NCBI GenBank assembly: GCA_000002435.2
Contig: CM018793.1
Reading direction: 5' to 3' (one strand)
Source of the DNA: Giardia intestinalis
Taxonomy: Eukaryota
Length of the DNA stretch: 64,000 nucleotides
Positions 1 to 9,804 of the stretch are shown here, one piece after another; position 1 is the stretch's first letter, and each line of letters begins with the position of its first letter. The notes below the pieces were generated by a model, which searched no databases, was not told where the DNA came from, and saw nothing but the letters and a program-made list of their open reading frames with translations. The translations under genes and the position numbers were made by a program.

Positions 1-62
1 TCGTCGTGGGGGGCCTCGTGGGCTTCTTGTGTTGGTGGTTTGTGTGTAGAGGGAAGGCGTAG
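1..62 (+). pseudogene. 3' end (…VVGGLVGFLCWWFVCRGKA*) of an upstream VSP unit that is truncated by the window edge
   Basis: Identical to the last 62 nt of units 1-4. TAG stop at 60-62. Confidence 0.9.
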
Positions 63-72
63 GTACTTAGGT

Positions 73-79
73 AGTGAAT
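73..79 (+). terminator. Giardia poly(A) signal AGTGAAT (AGTRAAY) 11 nt after the VSP stop codon. It recurs at 1908, 3743, 5578 and 7413
   Basis: Exact match to the Giardia AGTRAAY consensus at the expected distance from the stop. One copy per repeat unit. Confidence 0.7.
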
Positions 80-130
80 GCTATGAGTGATGATAATGGG
101 TGATAGTGGGTGATAGTATGATAGTGGAGT

Positions 131-1897
131 GTGATATGCACAACAGCCAGTAACGGAGTATGCACTGCTTGTAATACAGCTAACGGCCTGTTCAAGAACC
201 CAGCTACAGCACCGAAGTCTGGTAGTGAGTGCATCCTGTGCTGGGATACCAAGGGAGCAGATGGATATACGGGGGTGGCTAACTGCGCCACATGTACGGC
301 ACCAGCTAGTAGTCCAGGACCTGCCACGTGTACTGAGTGCAAGGCTGGGTACGTTACGAAGGACAGTGCATGTGAGAAGTGCCAAGGGAACTGTGCCACC
401 TGTGAGACTGAGGCGACCCACTGTACCTCTTGTAAGGGAAATACGTTCCTGAAGACTGATACTAACACTTGCGTAGAGGCTGGTCAATGCACTGGAAATA
501 AGTACCCCGACCCAAGCACCGGCAAGTGCACAGCTTGTAACGCTCAAGAAGTGGGGATAGATGGATGCGACACATGTGAGTATGATACGACGCTGCAGAA
601 GCCGAAGTGCCTGACCTGTACTGGTAAGATAGTCAAGGAAGAGGCCGACGGGACGACCACCTGCATTGCTGAGGGGGCTTGTACCCAAAACGGGAACGAT
701 GGTCCGAACTTTCTAACTGAACCGAACAAAAAGTGCATTCTCTGCAGTAATAATGTAGATTCAACCCCTGGCAATACAGGTGTTCTTGGTTGTAGCACAT
801 GCTCTAAAGCTAATTCTGGTACAAATCCTCAGTGCAAGACATGCCTCGACGGATACTACAATAGCGCAAATAGTGGTAGTGGTACCGCTACATGCACAGT
901 CTGTGGCGAGAATTGCGCCACCTGCACTCAAGCTGGCAATAATCAGTGTACTAAATGCAAGCCTGGATTCTTCATGAAAGGCAGTGGTCCTACTGGTGAG
1001 TGCCTTCCTTGTGATAATGCACAGGAGGGCATCGATGGGTGTGCTGAGTGCACTGGTCCTGCAGGGTCCCTCAAGTGTACTAAGTGCAAGCCTAACAGGA
1101 AGCCCGTTGGAACCTCAGACAACTATACATGCACAGAGAAGACCTGCGAGGATGAGACTGCGTGTGGGGGTACCTCTGGTGCCTGTGATGCCATGATAAT
1201 AGATGATAAGGGCAATGCAAAGCACTACTGTTCCTACTGTGGGGATAGTACTAAGTTCCCCATTGATGGACTATGTGTCAGTACTGGTAGCAATGCAAAT
1301 GGTAATACTTGTACCAGTCATACATGTACATCATGTGCTGCTAACTACTTCCTCTATATGAACGGCTGTTATAGTGTATCAGCTCAACCTGGCAACTACA
1401 TGTGCAAGAAAGCAGATAATAATGGGATATGCACAGAGGCGGCCAACAATAAGTACTTCATAGTCCCAGGGGCATCCAATCAGAATCAGTCTGTACTAGC
1501 ATGTGGTAACCCCCTAGGCACACTAGTAGATACTAAGGCATACGTGGGGGTCGAGGGCTGCTCTCAGTGTACAGCCCCGACAGCTCTAACAACAGCTGGC
1601 ATGACCGCTGCTGTGTGTACCTCCTGTGACAGTGATAGGAAGCCCAACAAGGATGGTACTGGGTGTGTGCTGTGCTCTGACACCAACTGCAAGAGCTGTG
1701 TGATGGACGGTGTGTGTGAGGAGTGCAACAGTGGCTTCAGCCTAGACAGCAGTGGGGCCTCCTGTGTGTCCTCTGGCGCCAACAGGAGCGGGCTCTCCAC
1801 GGGGGCCATCGCGGGGATCTCCGTCGCCGTGGTCGTCGTCGTGGGGGGCCTCGTGGGCTTCTTGTGTTGGTGGTTTGTGTGTAGAGGGAAGGCGTAG
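131..1897 (+). pseudogene. VSP copy 1, a 588-codon ORF ending ...CRGKA. It has no in-frame ATG for about 281 codons and no signal peptide, so it is a 5'-truncated VSP body or cassette
   Basis: Many CXXC motifs, a GGCY motif and a C-terminal TM helix with the invariant CRGKA tail. The track 'M' is a GTG. The frame opens after TAG at 122-124 and the first in-frame ATG is near position 975. Stops close all three frames in the 68-bp spacer. Confidence 0.85.
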
Positions 1898-1965
1898 GTA
1901 CTTAGGTAGTGAATGCTATGAGTGATGATAATGGGTGATAGTGGGTGATAGTATGATAGTGGAGT

Positions 1966-3732
1966 GTGATATGCACAACAGCCAGTAACGGAGTATGCAC
2001 TGCTTGTAATACAGCTAACGGCCTGTTCAAGAACCCAGCTACAGCACCGAAGTCTGGTAGTGAGTGCATCCTGTGCTGGGATACCAAGGGAGCAGATGGA
2101 TATACGGGGGTGGCTAACTGCGCCACATGTACGGCACCAGCTAGTAGTCCAGGACCTGCCACGTGTACTGAGTGCAAGGCTGGGTACGTTACGAAGGACA
2201 GTGCATGTGAGAAGTGCCAAGGGAACTGTGCCACCTGTGAGACTGAGGCGACCCACTGTACCTCTTGTAAGGGAAATACGTTCCTGAAGACTGATACTAA
2301 CACTTGCGTAGAGGCTGGTCAATGCACTGGAAATAAGTACCCCGACCCAAGCACCGGCAAGTGCACAGCTTGTAACGCTCAAGAAGTGGGGATAGATGGA
2401 TGCGACACATGTGAGTATGATACGACGCTGCAGAAGCCGAAGTGCCTGACCTGTACTGGTAAGATAGTCAAGGAAGAGGCCGACGGGACGACCACCTGCA
2501 TTGCTGAGGGGGCTTGTACCCAAAACGGGAACGATGGTCCGAACTTTCTAACTGAACCGAACAAAAAGTGCATTCTCTGCAATAACACTGCAGATTCAAC
2601 CCCTGGCAATACAGGTGTTCTTGGTTGTAGCACATGCTCTAAAGCTAATTCTGGTACAAATCCTCAGTGCAAGACATGCCTCGACGGATACTACAATAGC
2701 GCAAATAGTGGTAGTGGTACCGCTACATGCACAGTCTGTGGCGAGAATTGCGCCACCTGCACTCAAGCTGGCAATAATCAGTGTACTAAATGCAAGCCTG
2801 GATTCTTCATGAAAGGCAGTGGTCCTACTGGTGAGTGCCTTCCTTGTGATAATGCACAGGAGGGCATCGATGGATGTGCTGAGTGCACTGGTCCTGCAGG
2901 ATCCCTCAAGTGTACAAAGTGCAAGCCTAACAGGAAGCCCGTTGGAACCTCAGACAACTATACATGCACAGAGAAGACCTGCGAGGATGAGACTGCGTGT
3001 GGGGGTACCTCTGGTGCCTGTGATGCCATGATAATAGATGATAAGGGCAATGCAAAGCACTACTGTTCCTACTGTGGGGATAGTACTAAGTTCCCCATTG
3101 ATGGACTATGTGTCAGTACTGGTAGCAATGCAAATGGTAATACTTGTACCAGTCATACATGTACATCATGTGCTGCTAACTACTTCCTCTATATGAACGG
3201 CTGTTATAGTGTATCAGCTCAACCTGGCAACTACATGTGCAAGAAAGCAGATAATAATGGGATATGCACAGAGGCGGCCAACAATAAGTACTTCATAGTC
3301 CCAGGGGCATCCAATCAGAATCAGTCTGTACTAGCATGTGGTAACCCCCTAGGCACACTAGTAGATACTAAGGCATACGTGGGGGTCGAGGGCTGCTCTC
3401 AGTGTACAGCCCCGACAGCTCTAACAACAGCTGGCATGACCGCTGCTGTGTGTACCTCCTGTGACAGTGATAGGAAGCCCAACAAGGATGGTACTGGGTG
3501 TGTGCTGTGCTCTGACACCAACTGCAAGAGCTGTGTGATGGACGGTGTGTGTGAGGAGTGCAACAGTGGCTTCAGCCTAGACAGCAGTGGGGCCTCCTGT
3601 GTGTCCTCTGGCGCCAACAGGAGCGGGCTCTCCACGGGGGCCATCGCGGGGATCTCCGTCGCCGTGGTCGTCGTCGTGGGGGGCCTCGTGGGCTTCTTGT
3701 GTTGGTGGTTTGTGTGTAGAGGGAAGGCGTAG
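1966..3732 (+). pseudogene. VSP copy 2, same structure. Carries the 'NNTA' variant at the site A SNP cluster
   Basis: Same as copy 1. Five substitutions lie within 12 bp at 2581-2592 relative to copy 1. Confidence 0.85.
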
Positions 3733-3800
3733 GTACTTAGGTAGTGAATGCTATGAGTGATGATAATGGGTGATAGTGGGTGATAGTATGATAGTGGAGT

Positions 3801-5567
3801 GTGATATGCACAACAGCCAGTAACGGAGTATGCACTGCTTGTAATACAGCTAACGGCCTGTTCAAGAACCCAGCTACAGCACCGAAGTCTGGTAGTGAGT
3901 GCATCCTGTGCTGGGATACCAAGGGAGCAGATGGATATACGGGGGTGGCTAACTGCGCCACATGTACGGCACCAGCTAGTAGTCCAGGACCTGCCACGTG
4001 TACTGAGTGCAAGGCTGGGTACGTTACGAAGGACAGTGCATGTGAGAAGTGCCAAGGGAACTGTGCCACCTGTGAGACTGAGGCGACCCACTGTACCTCT
4101 TGTAAGGGAAATACGTTCCTGAAGACTGATACTAACACTTGCGTAGAGGCTGGTCAATGCACTGGAAATAAGTACCCCGACCCAAGCACCGGCAAGTGCA
4201 CAGCTTGTAACGCTCAAGAAGTGGGGATAGATGGATGCGACACATGTGAGTATGATACGACGCTGCAGAAGCCGAAGTGCCTGACCTGTACTGGTAAGAT
4301 AGTCAAGGAAGAGGCCGACGGGACGACCACCTGCATTGCTGAGGGGGCTTGTACCCAAAACGGGAACGATGGTCCGAACTTTCTAACTGAACCGAACAAA
4401 AAGTGCATTCTCTGCAATAACACTGCAGATTCAACCCCTGGCAATACAGGTGTTCTTGGTTGTAGCACATGCTCTAAAGCTAATTCTGGTACAAATCCTC
4501 AGTGCAAGACATGCCTCGACGGATACTACAATAGCGCAAATAGTGGTAGTGGTACCGCTACATGCACAGTCTGTGGCGAGAATTGCGCCACCTGCACTCA
4601 AGCTGGCAATAATCAGTGTACTAAATGCAAGCCTGGATTCTTCATGAAAGGCAGTGGTCCTACTGGTGAGTGCCTTCCTTGTGATAATGCACAGGAGGGC
4701 ATCGATGGATGTGCTGAGTGCACTGGTCCTGCAGGATCCCTCAAGTGTACAAAGTGCAAGCCTAACAGGAAGCCCGTTGGAACCTCAGACAACTATACAT
4801 GCACAGAGAAGACCTGCGAGGATGAGACTGCGTGTGGGGGTACCTCTGGTGCCTGTGATGCCATGATAATAGATGATAAGGGCAATGCAAAGCACTACTG
4901 TTCCTACTGTGGGGATAGTACTAAGTTCCCCATTGATGGACTATGTGTCAGTACTGGTAGCAATGCAAATGGTAATACTTGTACCAGTCATACATGTACA
5001 TCATGTGCTGCTAACTACTTCCTCTATATGAACGGCTGTTATAGTGTATCAGCTCAACCTGGCAACTACATGTGCAAGAAAGCAGATAATAATGGGATAT
5101 GCACAGAGGCGGCCAACAATAAGTACTTCATAGTCCCAGGGGCATCCAATCAGAATCAGTCTGTACTAGCATGTGGTAACCCCCTAGGCACACTAGTAGA
5201 TACTAAGGCATACGTGGGGGTCGAGGGCTGCTCTCAGTGTACAGCCCCGACAGCTCTAACAACAGCTGGCATGACCGCTGCTGTGTGTACCTCCTGTGAC
5301 AGTGATAGGAAGCCCAACAAGGATGGTACTGGGTGTGTGCTGTGCTCTGACACCAACTGCAAGAGCTGTGTGATGGACGGTGTGTGTGAGGAGTGCAACA
5401 GTGGCTTCAGCCTAGACAGCAGTGGGGCCTCCTGTGTGTCCTCTGGCGCCAACAGGAGCGGGCTCTCCACGGGGGCCATCGCGGGGATCTCCGTCGCCGT
5501 GGTCGTCGTCGTGGGGGGCCTCGTGGGCTTCTTGTGTTGGTGGTTTGTGTGTAGAGGGAAGGCGTAG
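3801..5567 (+). pseudogene. VSP copy 3. Its translation is identical to copy 2
   Basis: Identical translation to copy 2. Confidence 0.85.
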
Positions 5568-5635
5568 GTACTTAGGTAGTGAATGCTATGAGTGATGATA
5601 ATGGGTGATAGTGGGTGATAGTATGATAGTGGAGT

Positions 5636-7402
5636 GTGATATGCACAACAGCCAGTAACGGAGTATGCACTGCTTGTAATACAGCTAACGGCCTGTTCAA
5701 GAACCCAGCTACAGCACCGAAGTCTGGTAGTGAGTGCATCCTGTGCTGGGATACCAAGGGAGCAGATGGATATACGGGGGTGGCTAACTGCGCCACATGT
5801 ACGGCACCAGCTAGTAGTCCAGGACCTGCCACGTGTACTGAGTGCAAGGCTGGGTACGTTACGAAGGACAGTGCATGTGAGAAGTGCCAAGGGAACTGTG
5901 CCACCTGTGAGACTGAGGCGACCCACTGTACCTCTTGTAAGGGAAATACGTTCCTGAAGACTGATACTAACACTTGCGTAGAGGCTGGTCAATGCACTGG
6001 AAATAAGTACCCCGACCCAAGCACCGGCAAGTGCACAGCTTGTAACGCTCAAGAAGTGGGGATAGATGGATGCGACACATGTGAGTATGATACGACGCTG
6101 CAGAAGCCGAAGTGCCTGACCTGTACTGGTAAGATAGTCAAGGAAGAGGCCGACGGGACGACCACCTGCATTGCTGAGGGGGCTTGTACCCAAAACGGGA
6201 ACGATGGTCCGAACTTTCTAACTGAACCGAACAAAAAGTGCATTCTCTGCAGTAATAATGTAGATTCAACCCCTGGCAATACAGGTGTTCTTGGTTGTAG
6301 CACATGCTCTAAAGCTAATTCTGGTACAAATCCTCAGTGCAAGACATGCCTCGACGGATACTACAATAGCGCAAATAGTGGTAGTGGTACCGCTACATGC
6401 ACAGTCTGTGGCGAGAATTGCGCCACCTGCACTCAAGCTGGCAATAATCAGTGTACTAAATGCAAGCCTGGATTCTTCATGAAAGGCAGTGGTCCTACTG
6501 GTGAGTGCCTTCCTTGTGATAATGCACAGGAGGGCATCGATGGATGTGCTGAGTGCACTGGTCCTGCAGGATCCCTCAAGTGTACAAAGTGCAAGCCTAA
6601 CAGGAAGCCCGTTGGAACCTCAGACAACTATACATGCACAGAGAAGACCTGCGAGGATGAGACTGCGTGTGGGGGTACCTCTGGTGCCTGTGATGCCATG
6701 ATAATAGATGATAAGGGCAATGCAAAGCACTACTGTTCCTACTGTGGGGATAGTACTAAGTTCCCCATTGATGGACTATGTGTCAGTACTGGTAGCAATG
6801 CAAATGGTAATACTTGTACCAGTCATACATGTACATCATGTGCTGCTAACTACTTCCTCTATATGAACGGCTGTTATAGTGTATCAGCTCAACCTGGCAA
6901 CTACATGTGCAAGAAAGCAGATAATAATGGGATATGCACAGAGGCGGCCAACAATAAGTACTTCATAGTCCCAGGGGCATCCAATCAGAATCAGTCTGTA
7001 CTAGCATGTGGTAACCCCCTAGGCACACTAGTAGATACTAAGGCATACGTGGGGGTCGAGGGCTGCTCTCAGTGTACAGCCCCGACAGCTCTAACAACAG
7101 CTGGCATGACCGCTGCTGTGTGTACCTCCTGTGACAGTGATAGGAAGCCCAACAAGGATGGTACTGGGTGTGTGCTGTGCTCTGACACCAACTGCAAGAG
7201 CTGTGTGATGGACGGTGTGTGTGAGGAGTGCAACAGTGGCTTCAGCCTAGACAGCAGTGGGGCCTCCTGTGTGTCCTCTGGCGCCAACAGGAGCGGGCTC
7301 TCCACGGGGGCCATCGCGGGGATCTCCGTCGCCGTGGTCGTCGTCGTGGGGGGCCTCGTGGGCTTCTTGTGTTGGTGGTTTGTGTGTAGAGGGAAGGCGT
7401 AG
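5636..7402 (+). pseudogene. VSP copy 4, a mosaic: it has the copy-1 allele at site A (SNNV) and the copy-2 allele at site B
   Basis: Its translation equals copy 1, but its alternate-frame ORFs match copies 2 and 3 around 6540-6580. Confidence 0.85.
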
Positions 7403-7470
7403 GTACTTAGGTAGTGAATGCTATGAGTGATGATAATGGGTGATAGTGGGTGATAGTATGATAGTGGAGT

Positions 7471-9186
7471 GTGATATGCACAACAGCCAGTAACGGAGTA
7501 TGCACTGCTTGTAATACAGCTAACGGCCTGTTCAAGAACCCAGCTACAGCACCGAAGTCTGGTAGTGAGTGCATCCTGTGCTGGGATACCAAGGGAGCAG
7601 ATGGATATACGGGGGTGGCTAACTGCGCCACATGTACGGCACCAGCTAGTAGTCCAGGACCTGCCACGTGTACTGAGTGCAAGGCTGGGTACGTTACGAA
7701 GGACAGTGCATGTGAGAAGTGCCAAGGGAACTGTGCCACCTGTGAGACTGAGGCGACCCACTGTACCTCTTGTAAGGGAAATACGTTCCTGAAGACTGAT
7801 ACTAACACTTGCGTAGAGGCTGGTCAATGCACTGGAAATAAGTACCCCGACCCAAGCACCGGCAAGTGCACAGCTTGTAACGCTCAAGAAGTGGGGATAG
7901 ATGGATGCGACACATGTGAGTATGATACGACGCTGCAGAAGCCGAAGTGCCTGACCTGTACTGGTAAGATAGTCAAGGAAGAGGCCGACGGGACGACCAC
8001 CTGCATTGCTGAGGGGGCTTGTACCCAAAACGGGAACGATGGTCCGAACTTTCTAACTGAACCGAACAAAAAGTGCATTCTCTGCAATAACACTGCAGAT
8101 TCAACCCCTGGCAATACAGGTGTTCTTGGTTGTAGCACATGCTCTAAAGCTAATTCTGGTACAAATCCTCAGTGCAAGACATGCCTCGACGGATACTACA
8201 ATAGCGCAAATAGTGGTAGTGGTACCGCTACATGCACAGTCTGTGGCGAGAATTGCGCCACCTGCACTCAAGCTGGCAATAATCAGTGTACTAAATGCAA
8301 GCCTGGATTCTTCATGAAAGGCAGTGGTCCTACTGGTGAGTGCCTTCCTTGTGATAATGCACAGGAGGGCATCGATGGATGTGCTGAGTGCACTGGTCCT
8401 GCAGGATCCCTCAAGTGTACAAAGTGCAAGCCTAACAGGAAGCCCGTTGGAACCTCAGACAACTATACATGCACAGAGAAGACCTGCGAGGATGAGACTG
8501 CGTGTGGGGGTACCTCTGGTGCCTGTGATGCCATGATAATAGATGATAAGGGCAATGCAAAGCACTACTGTTCCTACTGTGGGGATAGTACTAAGTTCCC
8601 CATTGATGGACTATGTGTCAGTACTGGTAGCAATGCAAATGGTAATACTTGTACCAGTCATACATGTACATCATGTGCTGCTAACTACTTCCTCTATATG
8701 AACGGCTGTTATAGTGTATCAGCTCAACCTGGCAACTACATGTGCAAGAAAGCAGATAATAATGGGATATGCACAGAGGCGGCCAACAATAAGTACTTCA
8801 TAGTCCCAGGGGCATCCAATCAGAATCAGTCTGTACTAGCATGTGGTAACCCCCTAGGCACACTAGTAGATACTAAGGCATACGTGGGGGTCGAGGGCTG
8901 CTCTCAGTGTACAGCCCCGACAGCTCTAACAACAGCTGGCATGACCGCTGCTGTGTGTACCTCTTGTGGTGAGAGTAAGAAGCCCAACAAGGATGGCACT
9001 GGGTGTGTGCTGTGCTCTGTGGGTGATTGCAAGAGCTGTGTGATGGATAATATATGTGGGGAGTGCAACAGTGGCTTCAGCATAGACAATGGTAAGTGCG
9101 TGTCCTCTGGCAGTAATAGGAGCGGGCTCTCCACGGGGGCCATCGCGGGGATCTCCGTGGCTGGTCTCGTTGGGCTTCTGTGTTAG
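7471..9186 (+). pseudogene. VSP copy 5, the terminal copy. Its last ~230 bp have diverged and the TM region is shortened, so it ends ...VAGLVGLLC* without CRGKA
   Basis: Identical to copies 2 and 3 up to about 8955, then about 85% identity with an internal deletion in the TM segment. The stop is at 9184-9186. Confidence 0.85.
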
Positions 9187-9804
9187 TGATGACTACTGGC
9201 CCGGGGTGGGCATCCGCTGTCCATCCGCCCGGTGCTGCTACGTGCCCGTGGAGGTCTGGACGCCCGCTGCAACCAGGGTGGAGAGAGTCGGCGCTGCGGC
9301 ACCCCCGCTGGGTCTCGCCGTGAGTGAGGGCAGAAGCTCTCGGGGGCCCCGGGGGCAATGCCTGATGTGCAGAGCAGTGGACAGCTCAGCCGTGGATTTA
9401 AAATAGCGCGTCGCTCGATGGCGCTCCCCGGCCTGCCGAAGCAGCGGGTGCTCGACTGCGTAGCATAGGCGCCGAACCACGCCTGCAGCCGTGGGAGGCC
9501 GGCGCAGCATGGGCGGTCCCTGCACAGGGTGGCTCGGACCCGCCACCCGGCCGTTGCGTGCAGGCACCGCCCACTCGGTCCGCTCGGCTGGCCTCTGCAA
9601 AAGACCGGCACACGGAGTGGCAGGACCTGTGCACCCCCGAGGGACAGGGGCTCGACTCGCCCTCTGAGGATCGCTCCGTGCCGACTCCGGGCCCGCCGTT
9701 CGACCACGCGGAGGCCGGGCATCCGGGAGCCTCCACAGCAGAGGTAGTGTGGCGGATCCTTGCTGATTCGGACACATTAAAAACTTGTATCCTCAAGGAT
9801 TCAC

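Larger units (their letters stand above)
1..9186 (+). repeat. Tandem array of a 1835-bp unit, about 5.0 copies in the window, continuing upstream of position 1. Each unit is a VSP body plus 68 bp of 3' flank
   Basis: ORF starts fall at 131, 1966, 3801, 5636 and 7471, exactly 1835 bp apart. The translations of units 1-4 are identical apart from two SNP clusters. Window positions 1-62 are the last 20 codons plus stop of a preceding identical unit. Confidence 0.97.

Noticed and set aside
1564-2523. Long antisense ORFs (319, 133 and 84 aa) and sense alternate-frame ORFs (75, 65 and 70 aa) that repeat in every VSP unit
   Set aside because: They mirror the repeat and are low-complexity (P/S/T/H-rich). 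They have no motifs and lie fully inside the strongly supported VSP frame. They are most likely a by-product of the codon-biased sense frame.
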